DNA from: a virus
Virus record (IMG/VR): IMGVR_UViG_3300031688_001339
Reading direction: 5' to 3' (one strand)
DNA: 64,000 nucleotides
Shown piece after piece: positions 54,542-63,827 of the stretch. Every line of letters starts with the position of its first letter. Position 1 is the first letter of the stretch. Below the pieces are notes generated by a model, which saw only the letters and a list, made by a program, of their open reading frames with translations, searched no databases and was not told where the DNA came from. Both the position numbers and the translations under genes were made by a program.

Positions 54542-56253
54542 TAGTATTTAAAAATATTAAATATAAAAACTTTCTATCTACAGGTAATACACCGATAGAG
54601 ATAGACTTAAATAAATCACATACTACATTAATTGTAGGTCAAAACGGTTCAGGTAAATCAACACTACTAGACGCCCTTTGTTTTGTTTTATTTAATAAAC
54701 CATTTAGAATCATTAAGAAAGAACAAATAGTAAACTCAATAAACAATACGGAAACTATTGTTGAAATAACCTTTGATGTTGGTACAAAAGAATTTAAAAT
54801 AATACGTGGTATCAAACCTAATATATTTGAGATATATTGTGACGGAGAGTTATTAAATCAGGACGCCAACAGTATTGATTATCAAAAGTATTTAGAACAA
54901 AATATAATGAGACTTAACTATAGGTCTTTTTTACAAGTAGTATTATTAGGCTCATCATCTTATGAACCCTTTATGAAAATGAAACCTAGGTACAGACGAG
55001 AGGTTGTAGAAGAAATATTAGACATAAGAGTATTCGGACTTATGGATTTAATATTAAGAAGTCAACAATCAGACCTTGCAAAAAAGGTAATAGAAATGAG
55101 GCACCGTTGTGATCTCATACAAACCAAGTATGAAACAGAGTTAAATCACTTCAATGCTATCTCCGACCTTAATATGAACGACCTAGATGGTAAGAAACAG
55201 CTTATTGATCAAAACAAAGAAGATAATAATACATATAGTAAGAAGATAGAAGAATTAAATGAGAAGATAGGATATCATAAAGAAGAAGTGGCAGAGAAAG
55301 GCAAGGTAGAAAAGAAAGTAAATCAGTTATCTAAACTAGAAGCTAAGATTGAAACTAACTTATCTACACACCAAAAGTCATTAGAGTTTTTTGAAAACAA
55401 CGATAACTGTCCTACTTGCACACAACCTATTGATCACGAGTTTAAAGGTAATAAGATAGAGGCAACCAAACAAAAGATTAAAACTCTACAAGAAGGCATG
55501 AACGAATTGCTAACAGAGATTACTAATACAGAGATTAAATTAACTGAAATGAATAAGGTATCACAAAAGATAAACGAATTGAATATAGATATATCTAAAT
55601 TTGAAACGTCTTTAGATGAAATTAATAAATTCAGTAATAGAATACACGAAGAAATTAAACTATTAGAAAACAAACAAGTTGATGGTAAAGAAATTAAACA
55701 ACATCTAGAAAAACTAAATTTAGATTTAGAAGAAGGTAAAATAGAAAGAGATAGAATAATAGAACAAAAAAGTTACGTAGACATATTAAGAACAATCTTA
55801 AATGACAAGGGTGCTAAGGCACAGATTATACGTAAGTATGTTCCTATTATGAATAACTTAATCAATCAACACTTACAAGCTATGGACTTCTTTGTATCTT
55901 TTCATTTAGATGAGGAGTTTAATGAAACTATAAAGAGTAGATTCAGAGACGGCTTTAACTATAATAACTTTAGTGAGGGTGAAAAAATGAGAATAGACCT
56001 TGCATTATTATTTACTTGGAGACACATAGCTAAAATGAAAAACAGTACCAATACCAACCTATTAATACTAGATGAAATTTTTGATGGTAGTTTAGATGGT
56101 CAAGGTACAGATGATTTCTTTAAGATTATAACTCAACTATCAAAAGAAAATATCTTTATTATATCACACAAAGGAGATATAATGTTTGATAAATTTACAA
56201 ATATAATTAAGTTTGAAAAATATAAAAACTTTACAAGACTACAACAAGCATAA
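54538..56253 (+). CDS. gp46: Recombination ATPase gp46 (Rad50/SbcC-like)
   Basis: GQNGSGKST, CPTC hook, FSEGEK, LILDE. Confidence 0.96.
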   Translation: MIVFKNIKYKNFLSTGNTPIEIDLNKSHTTLIVGQNGSGKSTLLDALCFVLFNKPFRIIKKEQIVNSINNTETIVEITFDVGTKEFKIIRGIKPNIFEIYCDGELLNQDANSIDYQKYLEQNIMRLNYRSFLQVVLLGSSSYEPFMKMKPRYRREVVEEILDIRVFGLMDLILRSQQSDLAKKVIEMRHRCDLIQTKYETELNHFNAISDLNMNDLDGKKQLIDQNKEDNNTYSKKIEELNEKIGYHKEEVAEKGKVEKKVNQLSKLEAKIETNLSTHQKSLEFFENNDNCPTCTQPIDHEFKGNKIEATKQKIKTLQEGMNELLTEITNTEIKLTEMNKVSQKINELNIDISKFETSLDEINKFSNRIHEEIKLLENKQVDGKEIKQHLEKLNLDLEEGKIERDRIIEQKSYVDILRTILNDKGAKAQIIRKYVPIMNNLINQHLQAMDFFVSFHLDEEFNETIKSRFRDGFNYNNFSEGEKMRIDLALLFTWRHIAKMKNSTNTNLLILDEIFDGSLDGQGTDDFFKIITQLSKENIFIISHKGDIMFDKFTNIIKFEKYKNFTRLQQA

Positions 56254-56262
56254 GGAGAAAAT

Positions 56263-56994
56263 ATGGGCAGTACTCAAAAAAACGTGATGAAAAAACCTAA
56301 ACAAAACATGACTAAAATATCGGCTAAAGATAATAAACAAAGTCCGAAATACGAGGAGAAAGTCAAAGAAGAAGTAACTGAAACGGTTGTTGAACCTAAA
56401 CATAAAGATTATAGTAAAACTAAAACATATAGTCTAATACCACCTAGGGATCCTAGAATACAATCAGCAATAGCACCTTTCAGTGATGATATGTTAAAGG
56501 AACATGGTCTTAAAGATAGAAAAGAATTAGCGGAACAGATGTTTGCTACTATGAGAAAATATGGTGGCATAGGTTTAACTTGCAATCAAGTTGGTTTACC
56601 TTTCAACATGTTCGTAATAGGCGACCACCCTCATATAGAAGATGGTTTAAAAATGGCATGTTTCAATCCTATGATAATCACACAAGGTGAGGAAAAAGTA
56701 GTGATGAAAGAGGGTTGTTTAACCTTTCCTTTTGTCTTTTTATCTATTACAAGACCACGTAAAGTTATTGTAAAGTACGAAGATGAAGATGGTAAACTAC
56801 AAGAAGGACATCTAGACGGTATGATCAGTAGAGTATTCCAACATGAACACGAACACACTCTAGGTAGAAATTTTACAGAGGGACAGAGTAAAATGAAACT
56901 AGACTTGGCATATAAGAAAGCTGGAAAACAGATGAAAGCTTATGAAAAACATAAGAAAGCCATGGAAAAAGTAGATAATAGGATGATTCCATAG
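56263..56994 (+). CDS. def: Peptide deformylase
   Basis: GIGLTCNQVG, EGCLT, QHEHEH. Confidence 0.88.
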   Translation: MGSTQKNVMKKPKQNMTKISAKDNKQSPKYEEKVKEEVTETVVEPKHKDYSKTKTYSLIPPRDPRIQSAIAPFSDDMLKEHGLKDRKELAEQMFATMRKYGGIGLTCNQVGLPFNMFVIGDHPHIEDGLKMACFNPMIITQGEEKVVMKEGCLTFPFVFLSITRPRKVIVKYEDEDGKLQEGHLDGMISRVFQHEHEHTLGRNFTEGQSKMKLDLAYKKAGKQMKAYEKHKKAMEKVDNRMIP

Positions 56995-56999
56995 TAGGC

Positions 57000-57028
57000 T
57001 TGACATTGAGGAAAGTTTATGATAGGAT
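57000..57028 (+). promoter_or_regulatory. Early-type promoter TTGACA-N17-TAGGAT
   Basis: Same design recurs at 58450 and 60815. Confidence 0.7.
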
Positions 57029-57034
57029 TACATT

Positions 57035-58375
57035 ATGACAGCAGTACCAAAAGAAGACTTTGATATACACGCCAAGCAAGATTTAGAAGGCGTTGAAAGA
57101 AAGTGGAAACAGTTTCAAGAAGAAAACGATATTGAGGCTCTTGAACAAGTAGACGAGAGAGTACTTACAGAAGCTATTCAAAAAGATTTGGGATACGTGT
57201 CAAAGATGACAGTACAAGAGTATACCCTATTTCAAAAGTGGCAAGAAGTACATAGAAAATTCCCTACAACCGAATCAACTACATTGTATGGTACTGAAAA
57301 AATACTAACATCACCTGAACAAAAAACTCAAATAGATACAGTTAGAAACAATATCTGGATTCCCGAATCACCTGAAGATTATGATAAGTTAGAACCTGTA
57401 TTAGAATTTACAGATGACAGTACAAAGAATTTCAAAGGCAAAGCAGTAAGAACAGCCAAACTATCAGAGAACTGGAATACATTAAGAACTTTCTTATCTA
57501 CTATGAAAAACAATAGTAATATTGGTAGACAATTATTCTTTAATGTAAATGATAATAGATCAGGTAAACATTTAGGTGTCATTTGTATATCTGGTGACTT
57601 CATGGATTTAACACCTAGAGACAGTGCTATTGGTTGGGACAGACAGAGTAAAACATTTGGTGGCATGATTAATCATACAGCAATTGGTTCTTCTATTGTA
57701 CCTACACAACCATTAGGTTACAGTTATACAGGTGGTAAACTATTAGCATATCTATGTTTATCAGATCAGGTACAGAAATTATGGCACGACAAGTATGGCG
57801 ACAAGTTAGTAGGAGTTACTACAACATCTTTATATGGTAAGGCGAAAGCAAATACTTTAAGTCAATATGATGGTTTAAAATATTGGAAACGTATGGGTTT
57901 CACTATGGGATCTGTTTCATATGAACCACAACCAGCAACTAAAAAACTAATTAAACAATGGTTAAAGAAAAACCATACTAGAAAATACTTTGAATGGTAT
58001 GAAGCAACGAGAGCCAACGGTCAACCATTAAAAAGAGATCACAAGAATAGATCGTATATGTTTACTTATTCTAAAATGGGTATAGAAAAATCTTTAATCA
58101 AAACAGACCACGCCAGAGGTATCTATTTTGCAAGACTATTTGAAAACACTTATGAGTATTTAAGAGGTGAAGTAAAAGATGATGGTCTTATTAAACGATT
58201 CGATTCGTCTACAGAGGGATTAGTCAAAGTATGGAAAGAAAAACATGCTTCAAAAAGAATTAAAAACCTATTAGCAACTGATAGGTTCTCCAAAGAATCA
58301 CACTTCTATGATGATTTGATATACTTGGATTGGGAAGAGTGCAAGGAAAAGTACTTAAATCAAGTCGGAAGATAA
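57035..58375 (+). CDS. DUF4338 (Druantia DruA-like) domain protein
   Basis: PRDSAIGW, VPTQPLGYSYTGGKLLA, TTTSLYG, SQYDGL. Confidence 0.7.
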   Translation: MTAVPKEDFDIHAKQDLEGVERKWKQFQEENDIEALEQVDERVLTEAIQKDLGYVSKMTVQEYTLFQKWQEVHRKFPTTESTTLYGTEKILTSPEQKTQIDTVRNNIWIPESPEDYDKLEPVLEFTDDSTKNFKGKAVRTAKLSENWNTLRTFLSTMKNNSNIGRQLFFNVNDNRSGKHLGVICISGDFMDLTPRDSAIGWDRQSKTFGGMINHTAIGSSIVPTQPLGYSYTGGKLLAYLCLSDQVQKLWHDKYGDKLVGVTTTSLYGKAKANTLSQYDGLKYWKRMGFTMGSVSYEPQPATKKLIKQWLKKNHTRKYFEWYEATRANGQPLKRDHKNRSYMFTYSKMGIEKSLIKTDHARGIYFARLFENTYEYLRGEVKDDGLIKRFDSSTEGLVKVWKEKHASKRIKNLLATDRFSKESHFYDDLIYLDWEECKEKYLNQVGR

Positions 58376-58449
58376 CGAATCAAACAAGAAAATATAATGT
58401 TCTCATTATGTTCTTTCAATAAGCAAGTAACCACAACGAATTATATGGC

Positions 58450-58478
58450 TTGACTTTCCTGTCTTTTCCATATAGGAT
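58450..58478 (+). promoter_or_regulatory. Early-type promoter TTGACT-N17-TAGGAT
   Basis: Boxes and spacing read directly. Confidence 0.7.
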
Positions 58479-58486
58479 AAGTGTAT

Positions 58487-60784
58487 ATGAAAAATAAAAC
58501 CACTACAAAAATTAGCCTTGATCAAAAAAGTCAACTTGCTAAACTTATCGCTACAGAGAATATATCAATTCAACATAACAATGTTAAGACAGCTTCATTT
58601 GATGTTAAGAATAGAGTACTAACACTACCTATCTTTAAAACTAAAAGTGTTGATGTATATGACATGTTAATCGCCCATGAGTGTGCTCATGCTTTATTTA
58701 CTCCTTACGGAAAATGGGCTAAAATAAATGATGATGAGTTAAGAGCATACATCAATGTATTAGAAGATTGTAGAATAGACAAAAAAATTCAAACAAGATA
58801 TGAGGGTGTAGTTAAAAACTATATCAATGGTTTTGATATCTTAAACAAAGCAAATTTCTTTGGTATTAAAAACAAAGATATGAACAAAGACTTTATGTTG
58901 ATTGATAAGATCAACGTATTTTACAAGTCATCTAAAAGACTTAAAATTAATTTTACAACTGCTGATAATAAATGGTTAGCAAAAGTTAATTCTCTTACAT
59001 CATTTACTAGTGTAGTTAAGTTAGCAAAAGAAATGTTAGCTTGGCAGAAAAAAGATATTAAAAACAAAGAAAAGGATTCAGATTTTTCTGGTAGTACTTT
59101 AGATAAGTTATATAAACTTGCTGATAAACATATCAAACCAGGTGAGTCTAAAGAAAAACAAGAAGAAAAAAAAGATGAATCTTATGCGGAAACTGAAAGT
59201 AAAGATGAAGTAAAAGAAGAAGATAACAAAGTAGAATCAAACTCAACTAATTCAGCACCTGAACACGGTAACGGTGCCGATGAGGGTGAAGATGGTTACA
59301 ATTTAGATTCTAGAAAATTCATTGCTGTTACTGATCAAACATATCAAAAGAATACAGAAAGTTTAACTGATAGAACATGTGACTATAACTATGTTAATCT
59401 ACCAGATGTTAATTTGAAGAAAGTTATTATTTCTAATAAAACTTTTCTATCTGAAATGAGAGAATATATTGCTGGTGAAAAAAAGCATTATGCTGGTACA
59501 CACGAATATTTAATGTGGTTAAAAAATGACTACAAAAAATATATCAAAGATAACATGAAAACAGTTAACTATCTTGTTAAAGAGTTTGAAATGAAAAAAA
59601 GTGCTACGGCATATAAAAGAGCTAGTACTGATAAAACTGGTACTATTGATCCTTTAAAATTAAAAGATTACAAATTTAGTGATGATATATTTAAAAGATT
59701 AACTATTATACCTACAGAGAAGAATCATGGTATGATGATGTTACTTGATTGGTCTGGTAGTATGGCAAACGATCTTAAAAAGACTATTGATCAATTAATA
59801 AATTTAGTTATGTTTTGTAGAAAAATCAATATACCTTTTAAAGTATATATGTTTACTACTGAATATTCTTATAAACAAGGTTTAGATAAGTACAGTCAAT
59901 CAACAAATAAATCTGTATGGAAATACAAATCTGGTGACATGTATTTAGAGAACTTTAATCTAGTTGAATTAGCAGATCATAAATCAAAGAAAAAAGATTT
60001 AGAAGAATCTTTAATGTATGTTTACAATATGGGTTCATGTTATGATCAAAGCGTTAGAAGTTCTTTCTGGAATAATGAAAAAGCTTATGAAGGTAGTAGA
60101 TTTCATATGCCTAGTCAATACAATCTTGGTACTACACCTCTTAACGAAGCATTAGTTACGTGTCTTAAAATAGTTCCTATGTTTAAAAGAAAATACAACG
60201 TAGAAAAAATGACTTTCATTACCCTAACAGACGGTGGTGCAAATTATACAGGTGAAGCAAAAGTTATATTAGGTGAGAACGGTCTTACCAGAAAACATAA
60301 AGATGAGTGTAGAGTTGGTGCCGTTGATAAGAATGCACCATATGTACCAGTTAAAACAGTTATCAAAATTGGTAAAAGATCATATGTTAATGAGGACAGT
60401 AGAGAAGGACTTACCAATTTGATGTTAACATTAATTCAAAAAGAACACGGTATTAAAACAATTGGTTTCTATGTTCTTAAACAAATCAAGTGGTGGGATA
60501 TCAGTAGTTATGTTAGACACTTTAAAAATTACGATCACAGAAATGATATGATGAATAGAATCAAAGCTACCTTTGCAAAAGAAAAAGCAGTACTAGTACA
60601 TAACAAAGGTTACAATAAGTACTTTCTTCTTAATGGTAAATCAATGAAAGTTCAAAATGTTGATCTATCAGCGATTACAAATGATTCGAAAACTGCTTCA
60701 ATTAAGTCAGTATTCAGTAAGAGTATGAAAGGAAGAATCACTTCCAGAACGGTATTAAACAAATTCATAGAGGAGGTTGCTTAA
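58487..60784 (+). CDS. CobT-like protein: HExxH metallopeptidase-like N-domain plus vWA domain
   Basis: AHECAHALFT, NVLEDCRI, LLDWSGSM (MIDAS), TPLNEAL, LTDGG. Confidence 0.8.
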   Translation: MKNKTTTKISLDQKSQLAKLIATENISIQHNNVKTASFDVKNRVLTLPIFKTKSVDVYDMLIAHECAHALFTPYGKWAKINDDELRAYINVLEDCRIDKKIQTRYEGVVKNYINGFDILNKANFFGIKNKDMNKDFMLIDKINVFYKSSKRLKINFTTADNKWLAKVNSLTSFTSVVKLAKEMLAWQKKDIKNKEKDSDFSGSTLDKLYKLADKHIKPGESKEKQEEKKDESYAETESKDEVKEEDNKVESNSTNSAPEHGNGADEGEDGYNLDSRKFIAVTDQTYQKNTESLTDRTCDYNYVNLPDVNLKKVIISNKTFLSEMREYIAGEKKHYAGTHEYLMWLKNDYKKYIKDNMKTVNYLVKEFEMKKSATAYKRASTDKTGTIDPLKLKDYKFSDDIFKRLTIIPTEKNHGMMMLLDWSGSMANDLKKTIDQLINLVMFCRKINIPFKVYMFTTEYSYKQGLDKYSQSTNKSVWKYKSGDMYLENFNLVELADHKSKKKDLEESLMYVYNMGSCYDQSVRSSFWNNEKAYEGSRFHMPSQYNLGTTPLNEALVTCLKIVPMFKRKYNVEKMTFITLTDGGANYTGEAKVILGENGLTRKHKDECRVGAVDKNAPYVPVKTVIKIGKRSYVNEDSREGLTNLMLTLIQKEHGIKTIGFYVLKQIKWWDISSYVRHFKNYDHRNDMMNRIKATFAKEKAVLVHNKGYNKYFLLNGKSMKVQNVDLSAITNDSKTASIKSVFSKSMKGRITSRTVLNKFIEEVA

Positions 60785-60814
60785 AAGGTAATGGTATCAA
60801 CGCTTCTTTTAGGC

Positions 60815-60843
60815 TTGCTTTCTATGACAAATCCTGATAGGAT
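60815..60843 (+). promoter_or_regulatory. Early-type promoter TTGCTT-N17-TAGGAT
   Basis: Boxes and spacing read directly. Confidence 0.65.
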
Positions 60844-60878
60844 AAAGGATAAAAACAACGTAACAAAAGGATAACACT

Positions 60879-62099
60879 ATGTTAAACACTAAACAAACGC
60901 AATTCGTTGAACATGCTTTCGCAATGTTTAAAACAACAGAATTGACAGTAGACCAATTGAAGGAGGCAAACAAGAAATTTGGTTGCAAGTATGCTCCACA
61001 ATGGTTAATCAAAAATAAAGATTACAAATTAGGAAAATCTTTGTTTAAACTACCGGTAGACGGAGAAGATATTTCTACTCCTGTTGTATCGCCAGTTAAA
61101 AACAAAAAAACGGCAGTTGCTGAGGAGATTAAATCAGAAGCCGCTTATATTGTTTCATCTTTAGTAGGTGATATTGTACCTAAAAAAGATCCAATATTTG
61201 TTCCATTTGGTAACTACACAGATGTGAAATCTATTATTAAATCTAATAGATTCTATCCCATTTTCATTACAGGTTTATCTGGTAATGGTAAAACAATGGG
61301 TGTAATTCAATCTTGTGCTGAAGCCAAAAAAGAAATGATCAGAGTTAACATAACAATTGAGACCGATGAAGACGATCTTTTAGGTGGTTACAGACTTAAA
61401 GATGGCCAAACTGTTTGGCAAAACGGTCCTGTGATTGAAGCAATGGAAAGAGGCGCTCTTTTATTATTAGATGAAGTTGATTTAGCTTCTAATAAAATCA
61501 TGTGTCTACAACCAATACTTGAAGGATCAGGTGTTTATGTTAAGAAAATTAACAAGTTTGTTAAACCAAAAACTGGATTTAATATCGTTGCTACTGCCAA
61601 TACAAAAGGTCAAGGTAGTGAAGATGGTAAATTCATCGGTACAAACATTCTTAATGAAGCTTTTCTTGAAAGATTTCCTGTTACATTTGAACAGAAATAT
61701 CCAAGTGTTGCTATTGAGAAAAAAATATTAACAAATACATTAAAGGCGGCTGGTAAAACAGACGCAGGTTTCATCACAAAGCTTACAACGTGGGCAGATG
61801 TGATTAGAAAAACTTACTTTGATGGTGGTGTTGACGAGATTATCTCTACAAGAAGATTAGTCCACATAACTCAAGCTTATGCTATATTTAATAATAAAGT
61901 AAAAGCGATTCAGATGTGTACTAATAGATTTGAAGATGATACAAAAAATTCGTTTGTAGAGCTATATACCAAAGTAGATTCTGGTTCAAGTGTTGAAGAC
62001 ATTATGGAACAAAATAGACAGGCAGATTTAGTTCAACAATCGGATCTTGGCGAAGACCAAGACGAATCAGACGATGACTCTGATTCAGACAGTGTCTAA
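60879..62099 (+). CDS. CobS-like/MoxR-type AAA+ ATPase
   Basis: GLSGNGKT, ETDEDDLLGG, LLLDEVD, NEAFLERF, ISTRRL. Confidence 0.9.
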   Translation: MLNTKQTQFVEHAFAMFKTTELTVDQLKEANKKFGCKYAPQWLIKNKDYKLGKSLFKLPVDGEDISTPVVSPVKNKKTAVAEEIKSEAAYIVSSLVGDIVPKKDPIFVPFGNYTDVKSIIKSNRFYPIFITGLSGNGKTMGVIQSCAEAKKEMIRVNITIETDEDDLLGGYRLKDGQTVWQNGPVIEAMERGALLLLDEVDLASNKIMCLQPILEGSGVYVKKINKFVKPKTGFNIVATANTKGQGSEDGKFIGTNILNEAFLERFPVTFEQKYPSVAIEKKILTNTLKAAGKTDAGFITKLTTWADVIRKTYFDGGVDEIISTRRLVHITQAYAIFNNKVKAIQMCTNRFEDDTKNSFVELYTKVDSGSSVEDIMEQNRQADLVQQSDLGEDQDESDDDSDSDSV

Positions 62100-62110
62100 A
62101 GCTTAGTGTA

Positions 62111-62175
62111 ATCCTTGTGGGTGGTGTAGTGGCCACCCACGTTATAAGAGGATAAATTAATCACTACAGAAAGGA
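62111..62175 (+). promoter_or_regulatory. Candidate pseudoknotted leader of rpsU
   Basis: Stem GTGGGTGG/CCACCCAC; loop TGTAGTG complementary to CACTACA next to the SD. Confidence 0.5.
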
Positions 62176-62183
62176 ATAATAAA

Positions 62184-62393
62184 TTGTCAAGAGAAAAAGT
62201 AATAGAAGTTAGAAATAATAATATAGAACAAGCATTACGTGTGATGAAAAGAAAATCTATTAAAGATAACTTTTTAAAAGTGTTCAAAGAAAAACAACAC
62301 TTTGAAAAACCATCAGATAAGAAAAGACGTAAGCAAAAAGAAATGATTGCTAATGCAAAAAAGAACAAGAGATTAAGAGAAAAATTTTTATAA
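62184..62393 (+). CDS. rpsU: 30S ribosomal protein bS21
   Basis: IEVRNNNIEQALRVMKRK...KQHFEKPSDKKRRK; TTG start with SD AAAGGA. Confidence 0.9.
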   Translation: MSREKVIEVRNNNIEQALRVMKRKSIKDNFLKVFKEKQHFEKPSDKKRRKQKEMIANAKKNKRLREKFL

Positions 62394-62401
62394 TTTAGTT
62401 A

Positions 62402-62590
62402 TTTAACGCTTGTGTTTGATATATATATTATGGTTGAGGCTGCTCGTAAGTCCTTAACAGCGTTAAAAAAGAAGCATATAGTGGGCTTCTTTATGGTGTT
62501 TTGTTAGTTTCACCTATAAAAAAAACTAACACTTATAGATATTCACTAGGGAACTGGTAGGGATCCTCAGCCTAGTGAATTTCTATAAGT
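62402..62590 (+). ncRNA. Candidate structured non-coding element (several hairpins plus a pseudoknot); strand assumed
   Basis: Multiple complementary segments in a ~300-nt intergenic gap. Confidence 0.4.
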
Positions 62591-62699
62591 AGGGTTGTAT
62601 ATTAATATAACGTACTTATATATAAGCCAGATATACATTAAGGCAGTAGCCGTATATTTGAAGAAGACAAACTAACAGCCAGTAGGCAAAGGAGATAGT

Positions 62700-63770
62700 A
62701 TGAAAGCATACTTTGACTTGAATAAGTCGTTAAAGGAATGTCCACCTAGTGTGATATATAAAGACACAAAAGGTTATACATTTAAAAAGAGAATTATAAC
62801 AAAATTAAAAAATATAATTCCTAAATTAGAAAATCAAATAAGAACCCATTTAGTTAAACAATCAAACGCTACACCAATTGCTCGTAGTTTTGAGGCTATA
62901 GGTTGGTCACACGACAAAGCACCAATAGCCGTATCAGTTAATCCTGATAATGATGAGTATTTTAACCTAGAATGGGGATTTACCAGAACACAGGCAGCTT
63001 CTATGAAAGAATGGGAAACCATTATTGTAGATGTAGTTGAACCAGCAGGCAAACCTGTTGATGTTTTTGTTGATAAGTTTTTATCCAATAAGCATTTAGG
63101 TGAGGCACATACGCCAAATACAAAAGAGGATATTGTGAATGGTGTTCTTAAAGCTGTTGAGTCTGATATGATTAAAGATGAAAAATCAGAGGTGAAGAAA
63201 TGGATTTCAAGGGTTACTCCTGAAATGACTGAAACTGATAGAAGAAATATCTATAAGTCTTATAAAACTCAAAAATCATCAAACGGTCCTGTTAGAACTT
63301 GGCACCAAGGTACAGGTTTAAACTCTGTTAAAGAATATGCAGAAAAAAACAATATACCTTATTCAGGTGATAAGAACTTTGAAAAAACAGGTAAGTTGGC
63401 TTTTGTAACTCATTATTCAACTTTAAAATCAGTTATTGGTGACTGTAAACAAACTTATATGGAATATGATAAACAACATCCGGTAAGTATCATAGGTTAC
63501 ATTGACGAACCTAAAGCTGCACCAGCATTATACTCTCAAAGAGAAGAATGGAATGAAAATGCTCAGAAATATATTGATACTGAATGTGAGTGGATTCAAC
63601 AAATAGCTAAGTTAGCAGGTACTGATATTGATTTAGATAAGATCAAAAAGATTTTACCCATTAAACTAGGTGGTTTTTTGTGGCAAAATCAGAAACCAGA
63701 TAATAATAATGGTGGTGAAACTACCGAATCTGGAGTAGTTGGTATTAAAGGACAACATATCAAACTATAA
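62700..63770 (+). CDS. Hypothetical protein, possible ParB-like N-terminal domain
   Basis: APIAVSV...LEWGFTRTQAA; SD AAGGAGA. Confidence 0.5.
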   Translation: MKAYFDLNKSLKECPPSVIYKDTKGYTFKKRIITKLKNIIPKLENQIRTHLVKQSNATPIARSFEAIGWSHDKAPIAVSVNPDNDEYFNLEWGFTRTQAASMKEWETIIVDVVEPAGKPVDVFVDKFLSNKHLGEAHTPNTKEDIVNGVLKAVESDMIKDEKSEVKKWISRVTPEMTETDRRNIYKSYKTQKSSNGPVRTWHQGTGLNSVKEYAEKNNIPYSGDKNFEKTGKLAFVTHYSTLKSVIGDCKQTYMEYDKQHPVSIIGYIDEPKAAPALYSQREEWNENAQKYIDTECEWIQQIAKLAGTDIDLDKIKKILPIKLGGFLWQNQKPDNNNGGETTESGVVGIKGQHIKL

Positions 63771-63787
63771 ATAAACTAAAAAAAAGT

Positions 63788-63817
63788 GGAAGGGAGCATT
63801 GACTTCCTTCCTCTTTT
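63788..63817 (+). terminator. Probable terminator overlapping the next promoter
   Basis: GGAAGGGAG-loop-CTTCCTTCC then TCTTTT. Confidence 0.5.
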
Positions 63818-63827
63818 ATTATATAAT
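63799..63827 (+). promoter_or_regulatory. sigma70-like promoter TTGACT-N17-TATAAT
   Basis: Near-consensus boxes with 17-nt spacing. Confidence 0.7.

Noticed and set aside
58487-62099. CobS/CobT as cobalamin biosynthesis genes linked to the B12 unit
   Set aside because: This AAA/vWA pair is widespread in T4-like phages; there is no cobN or other cob gene in the window, so no link to B12 is supported.
4379-62368. Other short opposite-strand or alternate-frame ORFs in the track (e.g. 4379, 10979, 19547, 44961, 57379, 62096)
   Set aside because: They overlap well-supported genes and lack recognisable motifs or SD signals.
62493-62531. preQ1-I riboswitch
   Set aside because: The TATAAAAAAAACTAA tail and topology resemble it, but the loop lacks the ligand-pairing C and no que gene follows.
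62640-62699. SAM-V/SAM-II riboswitch before ORF 62700
   Set aside because: ATTTGAA is present, but I could not build the required P1 stem and pseudoknot.
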